Shown here piece by piece: positions 1 to 15,300 of a stretch of DNA of 64,000 nt. A program made the translations under genes and the position numbers. Under the pieces are notes generated by a model. The model ran no database searches, had not been told where the DNA came from, and saw only the letters and a program-made list of their open reading frames with translations. Source of the DNA: Perna viridis (lineage: Eukaryota); the NCBI GenBank assembly GCA_037379345.1, contig CM074520.1:930001-994000 (forward strand), read 5' to 3'. How positions within the stretch are numbered: position 1 is the stretch's first letter; every line of letters begins with the position of its first letter.

Positions 1-351
1 TATAACGAGGAAATCATAGAAAAAAACATGTCAAAGACTTATTGTTTACTCGTACATCAAATTTCCACGAGTATGACGTATATGTCGCAACGCTGTTTTT
101 TTTTTTTTTTTTTTTTTTTGCTATTGAATCCAAGTCTAGTTCTTGTATATCGTTAGCTTGTAACGAAGATCTTATTTTCTTCTGGTCAAAATTGTCATCC
201 ATAAAAACTATCAAATTATAGCTGGACAAACGAAAACGACAATGCAAAGCACTGTCTAATTATGATTATTAATTATTAATATACTAAAATGGTCATGTAT
301 AATATAAACAAAACGATTTCACTAAGTTTACATTGTTGTGTTCTTTTTCAG

Positions 352-3300
352 GGTGATTGTTGTTGGTGTAATGTTAGCGGAAGGAAAGTAGTCCTGAAAC
401 CATCTAGTCTGAGCCAGCTTACCGAGGCGGAAAGACATGCATTGCAGAAAATAGTGCTATCCAAACTGCAAGCCATGGATCTTGGCTGTTCAATATCGAT
501 TCCGAAAGGTAATTTATACTACATATAGTCCAAAACTCCCACCCTTTGTAATTGTATTTTGGTTTTTTTCTTCTTCTAGATATGCTGTTTTTAGTTTCTG
601 TTTCATGGTACTCCTTGCTTCTGGACCGAAAGTATTTATGGTAGTCTACTCGGCTACGATGTGGTACCTATTTGTCTTCATTTTTGTTTGCACCACAATA
701 GTCGTCTTTTGATGATTCTCTTAGGCTCAACTGGTGATCCTGATGATCTGGTGATCCTGGTGATCATGTTGATCCTGGTGACCTGAAGAAAACTGGTGAT
801 CGTGGTGACCTGAAGAAAGCTTAAACAAGGATAATAATAATATAAATGAATTCATTAACCCAACCACTTTAGTTAATGGAGGATGACCTGTTTCGTTCAT
901 TGTCGATCAAACAATCAAAATTTCATTCCCTTTGGGCAATGTAATAAAATGTCAATAGCACGTAACTTGTTTAAACGTTACGGTTGTATCCTGTAACACT
1001 TTTAAGTCATACATTTTGTCTTAAATATATTACCTCCAATAAGCTACAATGATTTGAACAGATATGTAATTTATGTTTGTGTATTATAGCAATGAGTATA
1101 TGGTCGTGTAAAGTTTGATTATGCTTCATTACACGTGATTCTTTATGGTTTTATCAGCTTTTGCTTTGACGTACGACTTCTTGATTACTTTGACTGAATT
1201 AAATCTGGTAGATTTGTGTGACCAGAAGTAAGAAGGAAATGTCAGCACGTTGTGAGTTGTGACTCGTACCGTTGAGGTTTTATTAAAATAATTTTCTTAA
1301 ATAATGTTCGCTGTATTGTTGATACTTATTTTTTGCATAGATTGTGCTTGTGTTTAACCTTTGTATGTTTTCTTTTCTTCTGTAGTAGTGATTGAGTTCT
1401 TACTTGTAATATGATTTTCTTTTGTAATATTTGAAACTGCTAAAATCTCTTTCAGGTTTAATCTCCTTTTTCATTTTTTCGTTCAGATACTTCGGATACA
1501 GGATGACATTGAACTCATGTTCTAACAGTATTTTAATTTGACTTTCGATAATCCTTAATGCTGAATTTTCAAATTGTCACGTACTTCGTATGTCATAAAA
1601 CCCCAACTGTCTCGTGCATTTCAAAATAACACAATTAAGTACGGAAATAATAAAAGATTTGTATCAACCCTCTTTTTACCCCACCATATTGAAAGAGGAA
1701 GAACTTTCATATATTTTCTATACAATTTGTATTCATTTGTCCGTCAGTCTGTGATCTCGGTGTTGTAAGACTTAATTTGTCATGATTTGCGATTTTATCA
1801 ATCATTATTAATTCATCAATTTATTTAATAAATCGAGATATTACTTTATTTTGAATTTGATCTGAAATCGCAAATGCACGAACATCCGTAATTGAATCGA
1901 TACTAAAAACAGTACTTTATTAGTAATCTGGCAAGGAAAACTTAAATTTTTCAATTACAAATGAGCACCTATTATATCACTGAACAACATGTATATGTAG
2001 GGTGCATCAATAGAATGGACGATTCGCCCTTCCACCTCAGTGACCCACGGTGGTAGGTGTACGTGTCCTGTCACCTTCCAGTTGGGTTAATAAAATAAAT
2101 AATAAAAAAAACCCAAACATTGGGAACCAAGTCTAATGTCACGTAATCCATGTCAAACGCAGAAAATCTTTACAAAATTAGAAAACAATTATAAGTTTTA
2201 TAAAGAATCTTCACATTAAATCATTTCTTTCTATATTGAAGTGGTAAAATAGGCTTGTTTAGAAATTCTAGAAGTAACAATTATAGTTGATAAAACGAAT
2301 AAATTACACGCTCTTTCAGTGGCATCTCTCTAATTTAAATTTTAGATAGGTGATCAGGTAGCGGTCAGATTTCAGCTAATTAAGGGTTTTGTTGCTCAGT
2401 GCAATCTACACCCAAGTGTCATTGCCTTCTGTGTATTCAGACCAGTTAAATGAAAGCTATACACGGACTGGGTATTTACTTGAATGTGCTTTTGTACACC
2501 TGCAGGGTCACTTCTTTCTTTTTATGTTTTAAGGGTTCAGAACAAAGTTGTTGATGACGAATAATTTACTCTCCTCTGACACCTTATTTTAAGTTCTAAT
2601 TTCATTGAATATTAACATTTCATCACGTTTCAAATCTTGTTTGTATTTGAATGTATCAATTAAATTAGAACGTTTTCACGGACTTATCGAACCAGTTAAC
2701 TGAATAAGTTCAGAAATGTTTTAGTTGCCTCAGTAACATCGAAACTCTATTAATAGTTCAAAAATGATTGACGCATCGAACAAGCGAGGAAATAAATAGG
2801 CAATTTGTTTGCTTACAATAAAAAGCAAAACGGATCATTTTTTATAACAAACCATAGTTATTATTTGTCCGCGCATATTTTTCTACTTTTTCGTAAAGGA
2901 TAGAGAAGCCAATTGTTTTAATCAAGAAAAATATGAAATGAAATAAAATTGGAACTTACTCTGTATTTTATGATATACAGAGTTTGATACAATGATATAA
3001 AAAGATCATTTAATACATGCATCTTCTAATGTTGTCAACCGTCGGAAACTGACAGACGGACGGACACGCAACTTTTCAAAAGTATGATCGTTGCGGTATA
3101 TCCATCAGCACAATGAAAACTGATTTGTTCAACGTGTCATAGTTTTCCTTTCCTCTTTCCTCTACCCCGAACTTGACTTTTTATGAGGAACTCGGCGGGT
3201 GTTTCTAGAAAAGCAGAGGACGCTTACCCTACCGATGCACCTGGTCCATGCTCCCAGTTTTTAGTGGAGTCCGAGTTGCTCATTTACTTTTGTTACTTTG

Positions 3301-6300
3301 TATGTATGATTTTAGTTACTTTATGTTCTTTGTCGTGTTTGTCTGTTTTCCATATCTGGTCTTTGTCCCTGGATTACATTCTTTTGATTTCTTTTAGAAT
3401 ATTTGTTCCCTTGATTACTCTTACATAATACCTCGCCACTTCGTGTTGCATGATATAAAACAACAAACAAACGAACAACGAACAAAAACTATTATTCGGC
3501 ATGTTTACAAACGGATAGTATGAATGGAATCGCGTAACAAAATAATCGGTTTACTGTCCAAAGACCACCATAAGCCGATTTGTCCAATGACCACAACAAT
3601 ATAAGTTTAGTGGGGTTAGGGAAACCTCAAGTATTTTCGTTATGAATGAAATCAATAATATGTTTTTATACAATATTAACTTGTTTGTTGCCTTCTCGTA
3701 GATTTGTTATATTGACTAACAATCCGTACCTCAAAAACATGCATTTAGAGGTTATAGGTAAAATTACGTGGGACGAAAATTATTGAGCAGATGAACTAAA
3801 ATCATCAATATTTATGTGTTTGAAAATGCTCGATCGACTCTGACCTTGATCGATTATCGGACCCAGAGGGAATACTCAAGAATATTTGTGGTCTAACTTA
3901 CGTAAAAGTAGACCTCCATAATATACCACACCATATTGAAGTTATATTCCAAGTGACATGTAACGGCATTGGTATTAAACTGTTGTCATTTATATAACAC
4001 TGTGGTCATTTGAATGACATTGTGGTCTGTTTCGTGCCTGGTTCGGTCCCGAGTAAAAGAAATTATCCGCTTCAAACACATCTGCTGAAAACAATATACT
4101 TAATGATATGAAAAAAAAAATACAGACGTCGGGTCCCTAGCCTAATGTCTTCATTTATTGTGACCCTATAGGTCTAGCCTTTTTTGTGTTTTGTGTGTGG
4201 CATAATAAAGTATTTCCCGGTTCATTCCGGATCAATCTATGATATATTGAATCATTAATGTCACTATTATATCACTGTTTTTAAGGCACCAACATTTTTC
4301 ATATCTAATTTATTCTGAAACGTAACGTTATACACGCGATTAAGGTGTGTCCATCACCATGGTTGTTTTATTCCATTCGGAATTTTTTCCTCAGATATAA
4401 ACACCTACCCTTCCAGTGCTCCCTTTACGCTTCCTGTCCCATTTTTTTGAAGATCTCAATCTACATGTAGCTCAGTATACAGACTAAAATTTATTTCAAG
4501 CAGAGAGTCGATAAAAATGAAAGCAAAGCCTACTTAAAAATTTGGAAACTGGAAAATCTCACTTTAATGTCATAGAAAATAAGAAATTTACCATGTATAC
4601 AGACTCGTCATTGTTTCTCGGAGATAAGAAATTTATTATTACCTTCAACTAATTAAAAATAACGACAAATTAATTAAACAGATATTTCTTTAATTAAGCA
4701 TGATAAGTACATGATGAAAATAACAGACAGAACAATGATGACTTTTGCAGAAATCTATTTTAAGCTCAGGGGCTATCATTGGGTTTTGGATTTGAACTTG
4801 TAATATTTCGAATAATTCCATCATTCGCCTTTGAAATAACCCAGTCCTAAAGCTGTATTCTATTTATATATACATATAGTATTCGATATAGAATTCACTA
4901 AGGGGTAGTATAATCTCCAGAAACCAGAAGGTTAAACCTCACATTCCTCCCCTTCATGGTAGCTTGGTATTACTTCAGAATTACGCAACGGTTATTAGTA
5001 TTCATAACATTGGCTGAGGTTATTACAGTAGTACCGTGTAGATTTACATGCATAACATACATGTAGAACTTGTGTCAAACGGTTGGATAATTAATTTTAA
5101 AGAGCAATTATATCTCTCCTTGCTCACGTTTCCTGCATCGTAATACAATAGTTTTATGGTGCGAGTTTTAGAATAGCTGATACCGAACATCTCACATTTT
5201 ATGTCCCTGTCACGAAACAGGAATATGCAAGCTATTTGTTATTTTTTTCCTGGCTTGATTTTCAGCGTTCGTTTCATATTTTCCCACTTCCATTTTTTGC
5301 TACCTCGAGACCACATTGATTCGTTAAATATACAAACTTTTATGCAGACCCGCTTGACATTGTGATTTTTGTCTTTTTTTTTAGAATCACCCGACTCGAA
5401 GCGGAAGCGAAAAGTGTTAGCGTTTAAGAAATCCCATTCAGCAAATCTTGGTGCCTTAATAGATAAAATAAGTGACAAAGACAGAGAAAACAAAGGTAAT
5501 TACCAATCATAACTAATGACACCCTAGAATCTTCTAAATATGTCATTTATCAAGAAATAGCCAAGAAAAGACGACATGATTTTTTATATTAAAAAGCAAC
5601 ATTTAATCCTCCATTGCTGATATTCATATGCAGATCTAAAAATCAACTTTGACTTGACTTTTTGAGTATACATGTATTTTAAGATACATGATATTTAAGT
5701 TATTTGAGATTCAGATCGTTTTATTCCATTGAAAAAAAAACGTGATTATTGTTTTACTGAATTGATGAATACCATGATTAAAAAACAATAGAGACAATTA
5801 CACGAAACCAGATGGAAAGTTGGAGACACAGATGTAAAATATTTGCCTTGCTTGTCTAATAATTACAGAATGTCAGCCAGTAGGTCTTGTGTTCGGAATA
5901 CCTCTGTCGAAGTGTATCGCCAACGATATAGAACTGAAGAAACGACGGATATCAACCAAGGATAAGAAGAACGAGGGTGATATTGTTTTATGTAGAAGAG
6001 ATCAAAGGTAAATGTGATGATATTCTTTCCATATGGAATCTCGGTTTTATCATAATATGCAGTTTTGTTGACAGATACAAACATCGACGATATACATGTA
6101 TTCATATTAATGAAAATAAACTAGTTTTCAGTATATTGTTTATAGTTGAGGATGAGTAATAATGGGACTATTTGTTGTAGATGATAAACGGTGTCAGTTA
6201 TGTTGATAACTTTATAGCATTTGTTTCATTTAAGTTGTCAAACAGGCAGTAACAATCGAATTATGTAAATAAGTTAAAGTACAACCTCCCAAAAACAAAA

Positions 6301-9300
6301 CGACTTCCACTACATTACATTGTTACCATGAAAACGACTGCTTAGCAACTTGTCGTAGAGGTATTTGTTGTAACATTAAGACTTGTTTTATTTAAATTTG
6401 TGTATCTTATATCAATATAGTATGTCTATTTCAGAAAATCCAGTAGTTCATCTCACAGTTCTTTAGATAATTGTACGCAAAATGGAGGGTCAACATTGTC
6501 CCCTGACAGACTCGCCAGAGTGAGTATTAACTACCATAACTGTCTTTCCATCCCAGACATTTATCATTTTCACTTTTCCAGAAATAATTGAACGTCATTT
6601 GTCTTTTGGTATTGAAATGTTTTACTTTATTCTTATATATTAATTCATATATGTTCATTGCTTGTTTTATTTTCGTCACACAAACAAATTGACTAAGCCC
6701 CAAACCATGTGAATTTCTGTAATCAAGTAAAACAAAGTCACCATGAAGTCTTTTGGTATAAATTTGGCACAAGGACAATATTGAAAGATATGAATAATGT
6801 TTTTCTTGCTGAGTGAAACTGACCTTAAACCTGTGATGAATGGTGGATGCTCAGTAGGCTCAATAGATGTTGGCATTGGTATTGCCCCTTATCTTAACTA
6901 TCTAGGCAGTACTATGTGATGACTCATAAAAACAAATCATCCACTTGTTATATTGATAATGTACCGAAATCTTCACAACGGGGAAAATAGAAATAATGTT
7001 CATTCATTGATCACTGATAATGATGCGAGATGTAAGAAACTTATATGTAACTAGCAAAACTATCTTTTCAAACCACTGATTGCAGAAATGAATAAAAAAA
7101 AACCCGAATATTTCTTCATGTTTAAGACAATATCTCTCAAGACCTACTCTTGGTAATATAAAACAAAAGCAAATTGTCTGCTTTTCTTTACAGTGTGGTG
7201 CCAGTTCTGATTCTCTGTCGGAATCCGACAGTAGTCGACATACAACGAATTCAAGTCTTGTTGACGCTTTGTCGTTATCGACGTCGTCCCGTCAAGGGAG
7301 TTTACTTAGAGATACCTTGCCACAAGTGTCTTCAGATACGCCACAAGTGCCACATATTGTTAATGTTTGTTTTAAACACATAGAAAAATATGGTATGTAC
7401 ATATACGATGTGATTAGGTTACATTTCAAGACCTTAGACGAACTGCATTTTTTAGTAACTTTTTTAATGTGATTTAATTTATTATACTGTATTCTAAATG
7501 ATGTAAAAGACAGCAATATCGTGATACAGTAAAAACTGTAACAAATATTTTCAAATGTTTTAAAAGATATGTAAACATATGCTTAGGACTGAAAAGGAAA
7601 TTTCCATTTTTGTGCTTACAAAATCTCATTGAAACAAAAGTTATCCTAACTTATATGAAAACCATACCTGTTTCATACAAGACCTATAATTACCATATGA
7701 TTTTTATTTACCTATTTTTCATGAATAATTTGTTATAATTCCTAAACATATGATTTTATCGTATGTTTTTCATTGCGGTCCTAAACATATAAAACATACT
7801 AGAAACACTGTTTTCAAAACATCGGAACAATTTCCTGTGTAGTACCACTTATGTATATAGCTGTAGATTGGTAAGCTGACAAGTTGCCTTTTTTTAAAAA
7901 AACTACTTCGACTTCTTTTAACAAAAAGCTAATAGGGTAAAAGAAAAGAAAATAACATTGCCACACCCCAAAACAATAAAAATTACATTGCTTTCTTTCT
8001 TGAGCTTGAAGCATGTGTTACTTCATAAGAGATAAATGGAAATTTTTCTGCAATAAATGTTTCACGATCTCTCCGATCAAGATGATTCAAATAGGCTTAA
8101 GATTCTCGATGACTTTTGAATTATACAATAAATATTAATTTATTTTACATTTTCTTGGCCATAAAACACAGTAAATATGTTTAAAATGACTGGTTGACAT
8201 TTATTCCGTTAAGGTGGAGCGTCGTTTAATCTGATATGGACGATGACCCCCTTTTCACCCAGTTGACCTCAGCGTGACACTGAACACTCTAACGTGAAAA
8301 AAATTTATCTCTGGTCATCTACAGTGTTTATAATGATAACAGTATTTATCATATATTTGACATGTATAGTTTTGGATTTTTTTGGTCATCAGATTATTCT
8401 GAAAATATTTTCATAACAAAATACAGGCAATTTTGTGGATTTCCTTATTAAGTAAACACATGTTGTATTAGTCTAAAGAGTCCGACAGTGCCAATGAAAC
8501 TGATATTTAAAACATATTTTATATCATAGATTATTTACAGACATTAGCAGTGTTACACAAATTGAAAAGCTCTAAAACACCAAGAATTCAATCTTTGTAT
8601 TGCCCTTGATAGAACGTGGGTTTGGCTTTCTATTTGTATTTTTGTTTTTGAGTACTCCTTGTTGTATTGCCCTTGATAGAGCTTGATGCTGGGTTTGGCT
8701 TCCTATTTTTGTTTTTGAGTACTCCTTCTTGTATTGCCCTTGATAGAGCTTGAAGCTGGGTTCGTCTTCCTATTTTTGTTTTTGAATACTCCTTTTTGTA
8801 TTACCCTTGATAGAGCTTGATGCTGAGTTTGGCTTCCTATTTGTATTATTGTTTTTGAATACTCCTTTTTGTATTGCCCTTGATAGAGTTTGATGCTGGG
8901 TTCGGCTTCCTATTTTTGTTTGTGAGTACTCCTTTTTGTATTGCCCTTGATAGAACTTGATGCTGGGTTCGGCTTCCTATTTTTGTTTTTGAGTACTCCT
9001 TTTTGTATTGCCCTTGATAGAACTTGATGCTGGGTTCGGCTTCCTATTTTTGTTTTTGAGTACTCCTTGTTGTATTGCACTTGATAGAGCTTGATGCTGG
9101 ATTTGGCTTCCTATTTGTGTTTTTGAGTACTCCTTGATAACAGTTTAATTTAGAACTTTCTATATATTTGCTGTTAACGCTGCTTCTTCTGTACAAAGTA
9201 TACTGAAATTTGTGACACGATTGGATTATTTTTTATTGAGACGATGACAATGACAACGATTGTTTTGTAATAATCAGATTGTACATAAGTATATACATGT

Positions 9301-12300
9301 AATAGACTTAGCATTCATAACTATTATATTTTTTGCAGGATTACGGGTATTGGGAATTTTTAGAGTTGGTGCTTCTAAAAAAAGAGTTAAACAGGTTTGT
9401 TATATAATAATAAAACATCAACAAAAATATTTATAAAAAAACATCTTGTAAGTGAAACATAGGCTTGAGGGAATTTTAAAAAATCAAATGTTATAGTAAC
9501 TATCCTTGTTATAATAACATAATTTTTAAATTAAAATTTGTATATAACACTTGTAATAATAGGTATTAGCAATATCTCCCAAATCGTGTACAATTTTGGT
9601 AATGGTATAAAAGTATATATAATATACATATAATCTATCATAAATGACATTATAGGTTAAGTTAACACTTTTCATACCTTATTTTATTAATTTACTCAGT
9701 GTTAATTTTCAATTTTATTACAATATGTTTTATGCAGCATAACCTATCATTATGAGTTTTGTTTTTTACTATAGAGTTTTATACGTACTTTGTAGATACG
9801 GGAAGAATTTGATTGTGGCAAAGATGTTCATTTAGACGAGTCCTACAGTGCCCATGATGTTGGGGCTTTATTAAAGGTTTATTTCCGAGATCTACCCGAG
9901 CCTTTACTAACCAGGGATTTATATACTCCGTTAGTGGCCACCAGAAGTAAGAGTCAGATCAAATACACGCAAAATATTTACAAATAAATAAATTTGAAAA
10001 TAGATGACAAGTTTTTTTTCTGTATAGGGTATGTAAGTCTCGCCATGTGACCCCGTGATTTCACGAGACTGGGTTCTAGTCTACCATTCAAAAGCATGGA
10101 GACTTGTTATTTAGAGAGCGTTGAGTTCAGTGTTTAGGGCAAAACATCTTTTAGTGTAAAATATACCGATAAAGGTGTAAATATACCAATAAAAACAAAT
10201 ATGTATTTCTACATGATAAAGGTATTAAGAAAAAAATAAAATAGAAGATTTTGCATTGTTATACAGCGTTTCGAGTACCCGGAAGTAAACAATAAAATGC
10301 AGAATCGGTCCTCGGTTTTCAATACGTTCTACGTCGTAAATTCCGTTAAAGAAATGAAACTAGAACGAGACTTACATACCCTATTGGAAAAGCCGTTGAT
10401 ATCATCACATGGATACCATTAGAACATATGAAGAAAGTTAATACAATGATTGATAGAAGAAGCTGAACAAAAAAACTCCTTTGAAAATTTAGATATAACA
10501 TCCAAGTACTTGTTAAAAACTTATATGGTAGTCTGCCTCGTTTATTTCACCCCCATTCGATGAATTGCAAAATTCATAATGAAAGAGTGAGCTTCATAGA
10601 AAATTCTGTTAAAGTTATATATTAAGTCAGAATGTCTGTGTTCTATTTACAGCATTTTTCTTCTTTTTACAACACGATTTATTTTTTTCAGAATTGTCAT
10701 CATCTGAGAAGAGGTCAACAGCATTACAGTTTCTAGTCTCACTATTGCCAGTATCTAACAGAGATACATTACAATCACTGCTGACTTTCCTGGCTAAAGT
10801 TGTTAAACATTCCATGGATACAATTGATAATGACGGACAAACGGTGAGTACCAAATTCATCTGATGCATCTGGCATTTGGCCATATTCATATGTGTGTAT
10901 TTCGAAATAGGCGAACAACGGACTTTGAAAGCCTTTTGCCTTCCAGAGAAACCTACGATTGAACAGGTTTTTGAACGATTGAATTCTGCAAATATTCTAG
11001 ACGTTCATTGGGTATTGAGGGGTATGAAAGTATTTTCATCACCAGTGTGATTATAATCCGTTGGTAACGGAAATTGACAAAAATAAGAAAACAGTTATTG
11101 GCCCAGGAATTGTTCGTTCAGATAAGATGTTCAAGATTTGTCCTTAAATTATGTTGATAAAATTTTCAACCATAAGTAAACCAAGTAGCGTTGATAACTG
11201 AGACAACCAAAACCCTCAGCCGTGTGACTGGTACACACGACCTTACATCCAAATAAATACAAACAGTGCCGTTATAATGAAGCATGTAATTATATCAGTA
11301 GCAGTTTATGGTCAAGGATTTGTATTTTAATCTTCCTCCCTGGGTGTAGATTAATATCTCACGTGACCTACACACAAATCATTGACCAACCTCTAATTGT
11401 TGACACCGGTAACTTCTGCTACGGAATACTGATCGTTCATAATTCCTTACATCGACCTATTTTTTTTTTTGAAATAGCAATGTCAGAGGGATTTTTTAAG
11501 TATCTTAATAGTTTGGTCTCAGAAAATATTAACCATATATTGTAAGATATTAGTACACTAAGACACCGACTACATAGGTCTTTCGTTATAGTCATTTACT
11601 AATAATGTTGTTATCTTTATTTGATTTACCAACTAAAAGTTAACGACCAGGCAGAAATGTTTAAGTGGAAGAAAATGTTAGGCTTATCTGAAGAAACAAC
11701 GATCTTAAACTTTTAACTGGTGCAAAATCGTATAGTGTTACTAGCCGGGGGTACAAAACCGTATTGTGATATTCCCATACTGTTTCCTGAAAACATTCGA
11801 CCGACTTCTGTACACTACATTGGTTCGAACTTTCACGACGTGCCACAGACGCCTCACCTCATCCATCATCAGATAAAACTGCAATGTTTTATATATTGTA
11901 GGTTTTAATCCTGATTTAGCTATTGTTATGTCCGTACCAGGTTATAAATCTAACGTCTCAGCATCACTTTGTTTGGCTATTAAAATTGTTAGGATTACAG
12001 CTTGTGGTTTACGATCAATATAGCAGGGCCGTTAGGTCATACTGATCTGATTTCTGGTCTTCATCGGTATTTTGATGGGAAAAGGTCGGATCATGCAAGC
12101 ATTATTTTTGATTTATTTCTCAATAAAACCTTTTGATGAGGCAAAAGTGATATTTTAATGTGATAGAAATATTATTATTATTTACATTAAAAAGTACTTG
12201 TTAATAATTATATTGAATTGACGTAGGATCCTACATTTGATGTTGGTTTATTTTGATACATACTGATGGGTTAAAGGTGTTTTCTATCCAGTTCCATGAT

Positions 12301-15300
12301 TAAGATAAGATCAGCAAATTTTACTTGCAATTTTAGCATTATAAAAGGCTATAAGTGTGTATTAAAAATAAACACCTTTTACAAATGGAGCGAAATACAT
12401 TGCTAAAAATCCTATTAACAGAGATTTTTATTTTTTATGTATCCTTAGCTATATCTTAAAAAAACCCAAAACAATTAAATTATTAAAGTATAAAAAAAAC
12501 TAAGTAAAGTTGAAAAACTTCCAAAATTCTTTTAGATAGCACAATTTGATATAGGGAGTTATGTTTATGAGTTATTAAAGGGCTTTAGCTCCGGGTTATT
12601 TACCTACCAAACCTACATCGCCCACGATTCTATTCTAGCATTAAATCGAATGACCAGATTTTATGGTAGAAATATTTAGGACACTATAGGTGCCATGTAA
12701 GTCCGTGTACCACCATAAATATATCATATTTTGATAACACTCAATAGATTATATGTCATATTTACACCTAGGGCTTTCGAACTGTGAAGAAAATAAACAG
12801 ACAACGCTCGATATTCAAACTTCTGATGGACCGTCTTATAGTTTATGGGTTTACATGTGCAATAAGTCACATCATTACTTATCAGGTTACGTTGGATGAC
12901 CTTTGTATGCATCTCTAGCAACAAAAAAATGGTTAAAAATATTATGTTAAAATCATTTAATAACAGAGCAAATTGTGTATTAGAAAAAAAACAAAATATT
13001 TACATGTTAATAGTTTTTTCAATTAACTTCACATTTTATTTACATTTTTTCATGCATGTGGATTTAAGCCATTTTTATTTTATGTTATTTCTTAAACAAC
13101 ATGCTCCAATACACAACAAATTGTTTTGATTGGTTTTTCTTCAAAGCTATTCAAATAAAATGGAGAGTATTTTTACATTTCACCACTTTTTGAATTTTAT
13201 GGTAATGCTTGGAGGAAATAAATTCTGTTAGTCACACCAGATCAGTAGAGCGTAAATATGATTTTGACACACATTTGTATCAATCAAGTATTAATACCGT
13301 TCCGAAAAACCAATCTCCATTCATAAATAATAAAATGTTGAATGCCAAGAATTTTAAGTAGTACTTGTAGAATGTGATCGTCAATATAAGTATATCTGAG
13401 ATGGATTTATTAAGAAATATAATACCCATGTACATGTGGATAATTTTGTTTTGAATAAATGAACCTAGTTCTGTGGGCCTACATATGTGGTCCTTTAACG
13501 TACACCCCCAGTGTTGAGGTTTATCACATCGTAAATATTTTTGTAGTCCTATTATTGAAATTAAGAAAAGTAATGTACAGTAAGCAATGATAAAACAATT
13601 GCAATGTTCACTAATTAAATACAAAAACTTAGTCAAGAAAATGATGTCAAATATGTAACTAACAAAGCCATTACAGTTAAAATGGAACACGTAAAAACTA
13701 GACTTTTTTGCTTTGGCGCATTGCCTCTGTCTTTACATTCTTATGTTGAAACACTTGTCAATTTATAAGAACTATGCTGAAGATTATTTTTTTTTAGCTG
13801 CCTGGTAATAAAATGGATGCTCACAATCTTGCCACGTTATTTGGACCTAACATCCTTCACAAATCAAAAGGATCGGAGAAAGAGTACAATGTAGAAAGTG
13901 CAGAAAGGGCAGAGGAGAGCAAAGAGGTCATAGAAGTTGTCAAAGAAATGATAGATAATTTTGATAAACTGTTTGAGGTAAGTGCAATAAATTTAGATTT
14001 ATAATAAAGATACAAAATGTACAACTTACTTCCAAAGAAAGAAAATGAATTTGGTTTGGCAATTTAGTCTTATAGATCTGAGGAATGGGTTATTTAATCG
14101 CCAAGTTACATTTTACGATTTATCGACATTTTTGTGATGCAATATCAACGAGAAAAATGATAAATAAGCTATGACACACTTAATGGATTAACCTACCTAA
14201 ATCTATAAAGTTTACACTTAATGGATTAACCTACCTAAATCTATAAAGTTTACACTTAATGGATTAACCTACCTTAACCTATGAAGTTCACACTTCATGG
14301 ATTAACCTACCTAAACCCATAAAGTTTAAAACTAATACTCTACAGTAAAGAAGAAAGAATAATAACTAATGTACTAATCTAAAAAAAAAAATCATTTTTT
14401 GATTGAAAATGTAGTTTCTGTCCCTAAATATAATGCTAACAATACCAAACATTTCAGGCCAGGTAATAAAAAACTGGAAAAAAATATGATTAATAGCCCT
14501 AAATTTACAATCTGAATTAGATCTTGATTTCCCCCTCCAACACCAGGTGTCGCTATCGGAATGCGGATTAACCAGAGATGAACCATTCATTTCTTCAAAA
14601 AGGAAGGAAATAGTTTACTGGCACAAATCACAAACGAGATATCTTACTCACAAGTTAACATTTCTGACCCTTACTTTACCCTTTGAATTTCTGTACAGAG
14701 GAAAAATAAAATGCATGATAAATTATGGTAGCTTCCTCATTGTTTGATTCTATGTTAATACTTCTGACAATAAACATCTCTTTTTGATGTTTTAAACATG
14801 AGTAATTGTACACAAGAGAAAGAAAATACCATAAACGACAAATATAAATGACAAGTTATAAAGACCGGGATCCTTTTCTAAATAAGTCTTAGCTTATTAT
14901 TATGAGCACCTCAGACTTTGTCACTATGATGACATCATGTTAAAAACAAATTCAAGGACACTCAGTGGTCATATATAAATATAACATATCAGACACACAA
15001 AGCCTGAAGGGTATAAGGTCTTTAGAAATTCTAGGTATAAAAAGTCAGCACTTTTTTCTGTAGTAATGTCATTTTAACCTAGACCTTATGTTAGAAGTGA
15101 CAATGGGGAGCCAGGCTTATGCTAATATGATCTTATCTGCAGTATTAATGTATCGAATTCGATCCTTATGTTACACATTCTTTTGCCTGTGTAGTTTATT
15201 AAGCTTTAATATGATATAAATATATTACAGTTAAGAGACAGTTGACCAAAACATGATACATGTAGCTTAATTTACATACAGAACAAAAGACATGCTATGG

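Noticed and set aside
3183-3428. Similar ORFs at 3183, 19221, 19286 and 36429 as a small protein family
   Set aside because: They are translations of the repeated Penelope-like 3' UTR, downstream of the RT stop codon.
8594-9138. Tandem arrays here and at 14176, 20247, 23325, 29152, 40278 and 43188 as CRISPR arrays
   Set aside because: Units are contiguous with no unique spacers, there are no cas genes, and the context is eukaryotic.
8594-9138. 67-nt array as another splice-junction repeat
   Set aside because: It ends 200 nt before the exon at 9339 and shows no similarity to any RhoGAP exon.
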